From Octopus sinensis (Eukaryota), in the NCBI RefSeq assembly GCF_006345805.1, contig NC_042998.1, positions 170,438,001 through 170,502,000 of the forward strand: a stretch of DNA of 64,000 bases, read 5' to 3'. Position numbers and translations under genes: made by a program. Of the stretch, positions 1 to 11,450 are shown piece by piece (position 1 is the first letter of the stretch; each line of letters starts with the position of its first letter). The notes beneath the pieces are model-generated. The model ran no database searches and was not told the origin of the DNA. It saw nothing but the letters and a program-made list of their open reading frames with translations.

Positions 1-399
1 GTACACATTCCTAGATTGTGTGTTATCTACGCATGTTTGCATGTATGTTTTGTGTCTGCATGTTGTATGTATGTATGTTGTGTGTATGTTGGATGGCAAG
101 CTACATGTGTGGGAGGATTTTTGGAATATGGTATATTTATCATTTGTGTGATACATAATTCCTTATTACTGTACCATGTTGTTGTTGTTAGTATAATGTT
201 AGTGGTGGAGATGGCAGAGGTGAAGGAACATATTTGTTATTGTTCATTCTCTAATCATGTGGGAGAGGGTGAAAGTGTGTATCTGCCATTTGGTTGTCAT
301 GTAGTTCTAGAACATTGTTGACGGAATGAGAAATAATTGTGCCTTTTAATGTTTCTGTCATTTCTGTTTTGCATAACAACAGTGACAGAATTGTGAATA

Positions 400-554
400 T
401 ATGATGTGTGTGTGTGTATAGCTATATATATGTGAGTATATATAATATGTGTACACATGCATATATGTATATATGTATAATATATATACATATATATATA
501 TGTATATACATACACATATATATATATATATAAAGTATTTGTATAATCCATGTG

Positions 555-610
<56 letters not shown>

Positions 611-1030
611 ATATATTTACATATATATATCACCATATATATATATATCATACATATGCATACATATATTTCTATGTATGTGTGTATATATATGTATGCA
701 TATATGTATACATACATGCAAACATACATGCATATATGCACACATGTTTGTTTAAATATGTGTGATAGTGTGTGTATGTGTGTGTGCGTGTGTGTTAGTG
801 TGTGTATGTGTGTGTATGTGTGTGTGTGTATAGTGTTACAATTGATCATTTTGTAGAACAGTGAAATTTTAACAAAATAACATCTACATGTACCTATAGT
901 CTTACTGACACATTCACATACACATTTCTCTACACATATTTACAACCATGGAAATTCACACACACACATACACACGTGTATGCAGGCACTCACACACACA
1001 CACTCACACACACACAAAGTCACACACCTG
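400..1030. repeat. Compound (TA)n/(TG)n/(CA)n microsatellite field
   Basis: Directly visible. Others at ~2800-2860, 3190-3260, 27005-27062, 36612-36660, 51145-51215, 51620-51680, 53225-53290, 62300-62420; GA-rich tract 1530-1990. Confidence 0.97.
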
Positions 1031-2830
1031 AAAGACATACTCATGTAAGCACACTAACCTAAACACTCAAAAGCCAAAGCTGACAAACAGTTCTACAGTA
1101 TGTGAGAAGACTGTTGTATGTTTCGGTTTTTGCTACATTCTTTTGGCTAATTGTAGCTACAGCAACCATCTCAATAGTAAGCATCGTATAGTTTTGCTGA
1201 TGTTACTACTGCTAGTATGAAATGCTGGTATTCTGTGATGACTGGACAGAGGAAAGCTTCCAGAGCAAGGAAAGCAAGAGAGAATTGATTTTTGTATCAG
1301 CTGCATGACAATGTTTAAAGCTAGCTAGCTTTCTTCTTTCGCAAAGCCTGATAACATTGAGAGAAAATGCGAAGAGGAGATGAGAAAATGAATGGAATTA
1401 AGAAACAATAGAAGACAGAGAATAGTGAATAGAAAGCACTCACCCACGTCTGGAAAATGTATGAAGGTTATAGATAGAGATTTGTTTGTTTGTTTGTTTT
1501 GTCTTTGCTTTTTGTTGAATGATGAAGATGTGTTAAAAGAGATCAAGTTAAAGAAAAGAGAAAGAATGAAGAGAGAAATGAAATGGAAAGAGACAGGTAA
1601 GGTGAGGTGAGAGAAAAAGCGGAGAATGTGTTGGAAGGAAAGGAGGAATAAATAAGAGAAACAGCGAAAGAGAAATGGATAAGGAGACTAAGAAATGAAA
1701 GAATGACAATGTGAGAAGACCGAGAGTGGATGAGGAAAGAGAAGGAAAGAAAGAAAATGAGAGCAAGTGTAAAGGAGATGGAGATAATGAATGAAAAGAG
1801 GGAGGGGGAAAGGATGAAGCATAGAGAAAGGAAAGCTCATTGACAAAAAGAAATCAAAGAAAATTGCTGATTTGATATAAGAAAGATTGTCTGTATATGT
1901 TTGTGTGTGTTAGAAAGAGAGAGGAGGGGAGATAGAGAGGGGGAGTGTGAGAAAAATGGGGAAAGAGAAAATAAAGAAGAATGAAAAGCTAGAGTTCAGC
2001 TTAACTTCAGTGATGCAAGAACTAGTTTGAAATATGAAATAATGATTATGTCAAGTGAAATATTTCATGCAGCCATTTTGTACAGAAGCCTGTTGAATTG
2101 GATGAAAGAGAAAACGACTTGGGTAACTTCAGGTAGTATTGATGTGATATAACTGGACCAGAAAGTTGGTGTAACTGATTCAAGAATATTTGTAAAATGG
2201 ATTCACAAATTTGATTTGTCTCTTCTTATGCCAATCAATGAAACACAACTTTAAGAATCTAAACTCACTATTGTTGCATCGAAAATTTACTTTCAAGATT
2301 TTGGCTTTAAAATGAAGCAAAAATGAGTGATGTTAAGACAAAAATTAGGTTTATATTTATTCATGTGTAACAAAAATTCCACTGTCTACTATAAACACCT
2401 GCTACAGTAGTTTGACCCTTTAGCACCAAATATTCTTCCTACTTTATGCTCAAACGGGCTGTATCTGGCTTCTCACACCTAATCTACAAAGTCATTCTAA
2501 ACATAATCAATCACATCATCGAAATCTCAAAGCTACATGATAACAAATGATTAATTCAAAACAATGTGAATAAAAAAAGCAATACATTAGGCAGAGTAAT
2601 CTGAATGCTAAATGGTTAATTCACTGAATAGAATCTCTTTAGTCTTAGCCACAAACAATGGAAATAAATTGGTGGTGTCATTAGAGCGTTGAATAAAATT
2701 GGCGCTTGCAAAATTTGTTTTGAGTTGTAAAAAAGTAACAACCTATGAGTAGTCAATTAGCAGGATCGAAACAGGCCATGCCCCCTCTCTTCTTTTTTAC
2801 ACACACACACACATACACACATACATGCAT

Positions 2831-2864
<34 letters not shown>

Positions 2865-4782
2865 TGTCCTCTGCCAAAACTTTCCCTGCAACCCAACACT
2901 CACCCATCCCACCACCCATGGTCACTGCCCACTGCAAGCTCCCTCTCACTCCCTCACATGCCTATCTGCACACTCTCTATGCCCCCAAACAACAAAAAAC
3001 CTTCCCACCCTATCAGCCACTCCAATTTCTCTCACCATCACTTGCTACAGTCACCTCTTCCCCATCTCTAAACATATCCCTTCACACTCTTATGGAACAC
3101 CCCACTTTATCACCTCTGTACCACTTATACTCCCTCCTGCCAACACTACTATTACCTGAAGGTAAGCTCCTGATGCATCACCGATACCATTTGTCTCTCT
3201 TTCTCTCTCTCTCTCTCTGACTGTCTCTCTATCTTTCTCTCTAAACTTATCTCTCCTTCCTCTCCTTTATTTTCCTACAGGGGTAGCCAAATATCTCCTC
3301 TACAGTTACACCATTATATCTGTTCCCTACTTTCAACAGGGCATTTGTACATGGATACAGATTAATATTATTAGCTTAAGTTGAAGGCGGGAGCTGGTTA
3401 ATCTTTAACATGCCAGACATTTTGTGTCTTTATGTTTTAAGTTCAAATTCTGTCAAGGTCAACTTTGCCTTTCATCCTTATGGGGTCAATAAAATAAGTA
3501 CTAGTTGAGCACTGGGCTCATTGTAATCAACTTACCCACTTCCTCAAAATTTCTGTCTTTGTGGTAAAGTTTGAAATCAGTAGTTTGAGTTTAAGTTATC
3601 CATTGCTAAATTTGTGTAGTTTGGGATATTTTACAAATTCAGTTACATGCATATAGTTGTTATATACATGTGTATAGTTGAATGTTTTACAACTGAATGT
3701 CTGTAAACCATTCAACTGAGAAATATGTGCAGCATCTATTTAAATAAGTTTGATCAAGCTCAAAAGATTATTTGACCTTTGCTTGAGCTATGTAGCAATT
3801 TTGATGGAAACAGCAAAAACTCCAAACTAACAATTTTAGAAATATTGAACCAGTGTCTAGATATCATAAAACTGAGCTATAGCAATATGAAACAAAGAAA
3901 AAAATACTGTCAGTTAATAGCATAGGATATTTTAAGTAAATATATAGCCTCAATGTATATTTACCACCTCAATCCTCTTCTCTAGCTATCGGTCACACTC
4001 TTTTCATACTCTCACAAATTTACCTGTTCATTTACCCTTTCTGTACCTCTATCCTTATTTCTTTCTCATATTCACCTTGCACTTTGAAAGAATTCCATCT
4101 AGCTGGGAAAGCCATGCATCTCCTCTTCAGCTAGACACGTGTAGCTCTCTCTGACATTCACCTCCTTCAATACTATACCCCACTCATTTGAGGGGTTTTG
4201 TCTTGTGAGTTACTTGATGACCTCACTTGTACTGGTGCCATGAAAAGGCACCCACTACATTCTGCAAAGTGGTTGATGTTAGCCATACCCATGAACAGAC
4301 TTCAGGTATAAAGAGTGTTTCCCCATCCAAGTCTTTGCTAAGATAATGATAGTCCTGCACTTATGGGTTTACATAGGGAGTCATCAGGAAGTGAGTATTT
4401 CTTGAAGGATGAACCTTCAAAAAACGTTCAGGATGTTATTTAATTCAATTTCAATCTCTTAGTTGATGTATTTCTGTTATTGTTTAGTTGGTCCTATCTG
4501 CGATATTATATGGTATGCAAAAGCTATCTGCAATGATCTTAAGCCACTTCCTCCTTTCCTTCTAAAATAGAATCTGTCAATATCACTGATTTTGTAGAAG
4601 CTTGCAGTTGATATCAGGATCTCATGGATTTTAATACCTACATAATGGATTTCTTCAATAGACTCAAGTATCCCAAATATTGGAAAATGTTTTTGATATT
4701 ATTTATTCACCATTATACATCTTTCATTTGCTGACAGGAATTATAAAGGTTTATATATTAGATAAACATGTAAGGAATTTCT

Positions 4783-5160
4783 GGATTTTTACCTTTTCAC
4801 TGACAGATTTAAAAAATAATTTTTTGTAACTAAACACTTTCAAACTTCAGACACTGGTAGAATGTGTCATATAGAACGTCTTTTACTCTTAGCGTTTTTG
4901 AGAAAAGCTTATATTTAGGAAGTTATTTCACGTTAAAGTTGTAGTATTTCGGTAATTTCAACCAATCAATGATGTGTATTCAGCTGAATAAAATTACAGC
5001 TATTGTTTGTCAACAACAACTATCAGTGGTGTATATTTCGTTTGTCAGTGTTATTTACGACATCGTTCGTGTGTTTGTACTGGTTTTAGCTTTAAGGTTT
5101 TTGGGTTAGGGTTTTAGGGTTAGAGTGTTAGGGTTAAGATTTTAGGGTTAGGGTTAGTGG
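4783..5160 (+). mobile_element. GGATC-family single arm plus TTAGGG-like core
   Basis: Matches the left arm of 43981-44724. Confidence 0.8.
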
Positions 5161-5199
5161 ATACTTTGCCTGTGGATACTTTTGGATACTGTCATGCAA

Positions 5200-5600
5200 T
5201 CATAGCGTCAACCACTTTCCACCTCAAGCCAACAGGGCTAGACTGAGGGGATAGTAAAAGGCCTGACAGTGTAACAATTTTCTCCTTCTGTAGCAGTAGG
5301 CTCCTCATCTGGGGTGTCACATACTGTGACACCTCCTCCAGCACCAACTTGGTGTGTTCAGCTACCAGCTCAAACCCTACTGCTCATCAGGGTGAGAAAA
5401 GCAAACTGTCATGGCATCAGTCACTCTCTGACAGGTTTATGGTCAAGCTTGTAGCAGTGGAAACCTCCAACATTCTCGGCCTCTGGACCATAATCCTGTT
5501 CACCACTATTGGGACAGATATGGCCATCCACAAGTACAAGCCCTGTGAGTTAGAGTGGCTATTCCAGTGTAACTAACTATCTCATCGTCCCCTCGGGCGT
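5200..5600 (+). mobile_element. Older CRE-clade RLE remnant
   Basis: KRPDSVTIF..LIWGVT..KLVAVETS..ELEWLFQ, degenerate. Confidence 0.5.
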
Positions 5601-7786
5601 CTTTTCCATTTTGTTTGCTGGGACCATAAGAAAGTCTGAATTACAGGAAATTGTACATTCCCCTCCTTAATACAAAGTCACCCCATATAAATTGCCCTCA
5701 TAAAATAGTTATTACGTTTTTATCAAATTACTTGGCACATTCAAGTATCGTAAGTCCAACATCCCAAACACCCCTTTTCATATTGCTCCAGTCCATTTAG
5801 CTGAAAACGAATACCAGCTGGGGGTTAAACCCTAAAATAGATTGACGTCCCATTCACTGGGAAGTATTGTATTCTTGGTTGCCTAATGAGCCTGTAGTTT
5901 CATGAAAGGCCTATGACATTTGGTCGGATTCTGATAAAAATTAATTTAAAGTGACGATAGCTCGATTTCTTTTTTTAATGTAGGGGTTGTACAATCCTCT
6001 GTTATGGAGCCCTCAATTAGGCAAACTTATACTCACCTACAAAACAAACCAAAAACACTACAAACAAGTACTTTAAATTCAATATTCAGTCCCTGCCATT
6101 GGACAACAAATCACCTCTGTGAGAAAAACATCATCTATATACACCACAACCCAAAACACTGCAACAGTCTCCTAAAAATACGATCTTTCCTATGGGCCAA
6201 TAACGGATCCTTTCTACATGGTCGCTAGAAATAGCAGTCAAGTCTCACTCAAATTACATTAAAGCTCACATTAATTAATGTAGATGTACAAAACTTAAAG
6301 AGACTACATGGCTATGGCTGGTATCTGTTTAATCTTGGGTGTAATCAAAAAGGGATGACATTGGCTAAACAATATTATTTCTCTCCCCAGTCAGCTCTGT
6401 AAAGAACATGCCAACACTGAAAAAGAAAGGGGCAAGGGACAAATAGGAACAACACCAACAGCTTCACTAACCACAAAACAGACTTGTATCCTAAACTCAA
6501 TTGCCAGGCAATGTAACAAGGTTTGAATTAGATAGAATCCAGAGAGAGGTGGGGAACAGAGTTTATCTCTGTAGTGGACTAATATTTTATTTATCAACTC
6601 TAAAAGAATAAAAGGCAATGCTGCCCTCGGTGCAATTTGAACTCAGAGAGCAGAGAGCTGGCATGAAGCACCACAAAGCATTCTGTTTGACACTTTCACG
6701 ATTCAACAAATTCCCTGCCTGCAATGGACTGTCACGCTCTCAACAGAATCATCTAACCTGCTCTACGTTGTAGCCACCTCTAGAATCTGCAGGTATACAG
6801 CAATATACCAGAGCGGAGGGAGTGCATCATGTCCATAACTGTCACACTGCACTGCAACGATTCATTACCACATATTGCAATATGGTGTATGGTTTTCAGC
6901 TGGATGGACAGATAGAATAACTGGAAAACAGTAGATCTGTAGGTAGGGTCTAGTCGTTTGGTGAACAGACCTGTGGAACTGGTGCTACATGTCTGTTTGA
7001 GCAGGATTGGTCTGGATCTTCATCCCAATGAGAAGGTTTGAACCAACAATTGGAGCTTTGACATAGTCGCTTGACTTACTAGTCAATAATAGCAGCCAAT
7101 CACTTATATTGCCTCTTTTCATCTTTAAGAAGAGAAACAAAAAAACATGGGATGATATGATCCTAATTTACTTTATCTGAAAAAATATGGGATGGTCACG
7201 ACTGAAACTCTTTTGATTAGATACAGCAGCAATTCTAGTGATAGTGATAACAAGGTTGGCTCGCTGGTTAGTAGTTAATAGTGTAGAAAAAGGTTGTCTC
7301 TCAGTAGAGAGTGAAAGAGCAAGGAATGCATGGTGCTGACTAGAAAGGAAGAACGGATAACGGTGGCATCGTCTTTCTTATGACCGAAAGGAAAGTGCTG
7401 CTCTTGGTCATGGCTGATGCAGAAGGGCATGTTGCTCCTTGGTGTGCTGACACAAAAAAGAGTGTTGCTCCTTGATCATAGCTGACACAAAAGAAAAAGA
7501 GATAGGAACTGTTCTCTGCTATATAGACTATGGTCAGTAATGTAGGTCAAACCCTAAACAAAGGATTGACCTTTCCTTGACCAGCACAGGTCCTTGGGGA
7601 TCAAGTGTTTCTCTATCAATCATCTGGTGCGGAGAGGATTTCCCGCTTGATTTGACAAGTAACAAGTGGGTAGATTTGGTTTCCAATCTCAGGCAGGGCG
7701 AAGCAAGGTCCCTACAATCTGCTTAATTGGAGATAATCTGGTGTAAACAGCAGTTGCTGTATTGTTTTTCATTTTCACAACCTAGT

Positions 7787-8610
7787 GGTTGAGGGAACCT
7801 GTGGAAGAGGTAGACCCAGGAAGACCGGGATGAAGTGGTGAAGCACGACCTTCAAACATTAGGCCTCACCAAGGAAATGACTAGTGACCGAGACTTTTGG
7901 AAATATGTTGTGCTTGAGAAGACCCGGCAAGCCAAATGAGACCATAACCTGTGGCCTATGCCAGGAGCATAACCAGCCCACTTATGTGTACCTTTTCCTT
8001 CTTTGGTCACTAAACTCTGCTTGTGAAGACCTGTTGAGGCAATTGAAATTAAAATCAAAATCAAATTCGATGACTGGCATCTGTGCTAGCAGGGTGCAAA
8101 GAGCACCATACGAGTGTGATCGTTGACAGAGCGGCTAACCGGCGTCCGTGCCAGTGACATATAAAAGGACACCATTCGAGTGTGATCATTACCAGCGTTG
8201 CCTTACTCGCACTTGTGCCCGTGCTAGTAGGGTGCCAAGAGCACTATCTGAGCGTGATCGTTGCCAGAGCAGCAAACAGGCTTCTGTGCCGGTGGCACGT
8301 AAAAGGGCACCATTCGAGCGTGATCGTTACCAACGTCGCCGTACTGGCACCAGTGCCAGTAGCATGTGTAAAAAGATTTGAGTGAGGTCATTGCCAGTAC
8401 TGCCTGATTAGCCCCCATGCCGGTGGCACATAAAAAGCACCCACTACACTCTCGGAGTGGTTGTCGTTAGGAAGGGCATCCAGCTGTAGAAACTCTGCCA
8501 GATCAAGATTGGGGCCTGGTGCAGCCATCTGGTTTGCCAGCCCTCAATCAAAATCGTCCAACCCATGCTAGCATGGAAAGCGGGCGTTAAACGATGATAA
8601 TGATGATGAT
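7787..8610 (+). mobile_element. RTE-clade LINE 3' end with long, internally repeated 3' UTR and (GAT)n tail
   Basis: VEGTCGRGRPRK..DEVVKHDLQTLGL C-terminal motif, then a UTR ending CCATGCTAGCATGGAAAGCGGGCGTTAAACGATGAT. Truncated copies at ~23627, 23830-24140, 33255-33850, 35570-35740, 39725-39890, 51053-51140. Confidence 0.75.
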
Positions 8611-8729
8611 CGCCTCACCCACAGAAAAGCATTATTTTTCATGACAAATTCCAATATAATCATCTAACACGTATTTATAAAAAATTTCATTAAAAAATAT
8701 CCATTTTTCTGGAAGTTATGAGGAGTTAA

Positions 8730-9143
8730 TATCCCCTCAGTTCTGAAGCAGTCAGGGTTATCCAGAAGTGATGGAAAGAGACCAGATGGTCTTACTCTCT
8801 GTCCCTGGGTTAGAAGTAGGACGCTACAGTCTCCAACTCCTTTGCTCTCTCCCACATCCTGGATGCTGCAGTTAATGGTAAAGTCACTGCTTCCATAGCC
8901 GAACGGAAGAAAACCCTGAAGTATCAGGACCTGACAGGGAACTATATTTTCCAACCTATGGTGTTTGAGATGTTCAGAGAGACTGGGCCACAAACCGCAA
9001 AGTTCTTGTCAACATTAGCAGCTCGCCTCTCCGAGGTAACAGGCGAGGCTGGTGAGGACGATTGTCTTTCCGAACGTCTTAGCTTCACCATCACCCATGG
9101 TAATGCTGCGAGCGTGCTGGCTTGCTTCAGTAGGTTCCGTTAA
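8730..9143 (+). mobile_element. CRE-clade LINE C-terminal (RLE) remnant
   Basis: NIPSVLKQSGLSRSDGKRPDGLTL, DATVSNSFA, AERKKTLKYQDL, RLSFTITHGNAASVL, stop. Confidence 0.75.
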
Positions 9144-9579
9144 ACCTTGTGGTGTGCAACTAGTTGCTGTGATAAAAAAAAAAAAAAAGAATTTTCATGG
9201 ACATCAGTTACAATAAGAACAGAAGTAAACAAAGCAGGTGATGCACACGGGATCCAGACAAAAACAACTAGATCTTAGGAGGCTTTTGTCCCACACTTGC
9301 ATACGGGATCCAGACAAAAGTCCCACGGTTATATTTTTCGGTTATTTTTCTTTTTATTTGTTGCAGTCATTAGACTGTAGCCATGCTGGGGCACCACCAT
9401 GAGGAATTTTTAGCCGAATGTATCGACTCCAGAATCATTTTTAGGTGACTGTCAACCAGCACATGAAGTTAAGCCTAGGTCTCTCAACATGCTAGAAATA
9501 ACAGCCAAATCTTTAACAAAAATTCTATAATTTCACGTAAACAAAAACGGAAATCGCGGTTGTAAAAAAAAAACTTTTA

Positions 9580-9732
9580 GGATCTTTTCCTTTTGAACGG
9601 CAGTTTTCAACACAATTTCTAGTTAACTAAACACTTTTAAACTTCGTATACTGGTAGAATGTGTCCGAAGTTTAAAAGTGTTTAGTTAACTAGAGATTGT
9701 GTTGAAAACTGCCGTTCAAAAGGAAAAGATCT
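9580..9732. mobile_element. GGATC-family mini-MITE (near-perfect 66-bp hairpin)
   Basis: 9581-9646 pairs with 9666-9731 (1 mismatch); TSD AACTTTTA on both sides. Confidence 0.9.
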
Positions 9733-10336
9733 AACTTTTATTTTCTAAAATATCAGTTTTTAAGTAAACAAAATATATTCAATCGAAAATAATAGTAGAA
9801 TAGAATAACATAACACAAGAATCTTTACTATTCAACGTACATATTGTCTGAATTCTAACAAAAAGGAAAGCATTTACTTCAAGAAATGTGTAGAAACATA
9901 AAAATGATTAGTGCGGGCGAAAGTAAAGAATACGTACACCCAACGTTTTGGGTTAGGGTTTTTGGTTCGCCGGAAACGGGTGGTGTACGTATTCTTTACC
10001 TCCGCCGAAAGTACATTTGAATGACTAGCCTTCGGAGCCATAATTCGTTAGAACTTCAACGGCTGGATAAAGTTCAGAAGGTCAGCTCATTGTAATTAAT
10101 ATGTAAGTGCTGAGAGAAGAAAACAAGACTTTAAAATTAAATTTTTAAATGCTGATTTTTCTGCGACTAAAAATTCCTCGAGGTGGTGACCCAGCATGAC
10201 CACAAGTAAAAGGTGAGAGGGAAAAAACCCGAAAAATAAAACCTTGGCTTTTGTAAATATTTTGATAATGAAACTTTTGTCCAGGAGATCGGCCTACTTT
10301 TGATGCATTTCCGTAATCAACACTATTTAAAGCGGA

Positions 10337-10433
10337 GGGGAATTCCAGTTACAAATGAAAGTAACTGTATAAATGCTAGTGAAAAAAAAAATAGTTTCTT
10401 TCTATCATTTCATATTCAAACAGAGAGGTAGGT
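10337..10433 (+). promoter_or_regulatory. Candidate IAP promoter/first exon: kappaB site, TATA-like box, splice donor
   Basis: GGGGAATTCC 10337-10346, TATAAAT 10368-10374, AG|GTAGGT donor at 10428. Motif co-location only. Confidence 0.3.
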
Positions 10434-10844
10434 AAAATTGAAATTGAAGTTTTTTTTTTTCTTTTTCCTTTTCAGAAAAAAACCGAAGTTGTATGTCTTG
10501 ATTAGCCTTCGCGATTTTTGTGTTGTTTTGTACTTTCAAAATATTGCTTACAAGTTTATGACAATAATTGATACCGATTTCTTTGCTCTGAAATTCAGCG
10601 TCAGAAACAAAAAAAAAAATTCAGCCATTTGACTACGGCCATGCTGGAGCACCGCCTTTAGTCGAACAAATCGACCCCAGGACTTATTCTTTATAAGCTT
10701 AGTACTTATTCTATCGGTCTCTTTTGCCGAACCGCTAAGTTACGGGGACACACTAGCATCGGTTGTCAAGCGATGGTGGGGGAACAAACACAGTCACACA
10801 TACACATATAGATACGATGGGCTTCCTTCAGTTTCCGTTTACTA

Positions 10845-11084
10845 GGTACTACTTGAGAACAGTGGTCCCGGTGCGCGCACTCGCGTACTCGTGCAAAGTC
10901 GATCCTTTGTGTTATTTAATTTGTTTAAAAACTTATTTACTTTGTTCTACAAAAATTATTTACTTTGTAAAAATTTATTTATTTTGTGTTTTATTTACTT
11001 TGCTAGGTAGTCGTTCTAGGATCGACTAGTCACGACTAGCTAGCTCGGATGCGCGCACCGGGACCACTATTCTCAAGTAGTACC
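10845..11084. mobile_element. 240-bp MITE, 35-bp TIRs, 9-bp TSD, nested in a SINE
   Basis: TIR GGTACTACTTGAGAAC/TAGTGGTCCCGGTGCGCGCA (1 mismatch); TSD CGTTTACTA at 10836-10844 and 11085-11093. Confidence 0.93.
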
Positions 11085-11249
11085 CGTTTACTAAATCCAC
11101 TCACAAGGCTTTGGTCGGCCCGAGGCTATAGTAGATGACACTTGCCCAAGGCACCTCGCAGTGGGATTGAACCTGGAACTATGTGGTTGGTAGCCACTCC
11201 TGTTCAATTTGTGGATATACGAAAATACGCATATTTCTGTGAATGCGTT

Positions 11250-11450
11250 CTTAATAATGACCAGCTCTTCGTCGGTATATTTACACGGAGTTCAAATTCC
11301 GCCGAGGTCGACTTTGCCTTTCATCCTTTCGGGGTCGATAAATTAAGTACCAGTTACGCACTGGGGTCGATGTAATCGACTTAATACCTATGTCTGTCCT
11401 TGTTTGTCCGCTCTGTGTTTCGCCCCTTGTGGGTAGTAAAGAAATAGGTA
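11250..11450 (+). mobile_element. tRNA-derived SINE (family B)
   Basis: GAGTTCAAATTCC B-box + GAGGTCGACTTTGCCTTTCATCCTTTCGGGGTCGATAAA core. Copies ~3383-3590, 6620-6720(-), 12136-12310, 17395-17605, 26165-26355, 52985-53210(-), 57775-57900(-), 58925-59115(-). Confidence 0.85.

Noticed and set aside
16-3220. Long ORFs (up to 163 aa) rich in Y/I/H/T/C/V or P/L/S
   Set aside because: Translations of microsatellite and low-complexity tracts, which lack stop codons by composition.
8098-8440. CRISPR-like repeat-spacer appearance
   Set aside because: Degenerate repeats with mutually homologous spacers inside a LINE 3' UTR; eukaryotic context and no cas genes.
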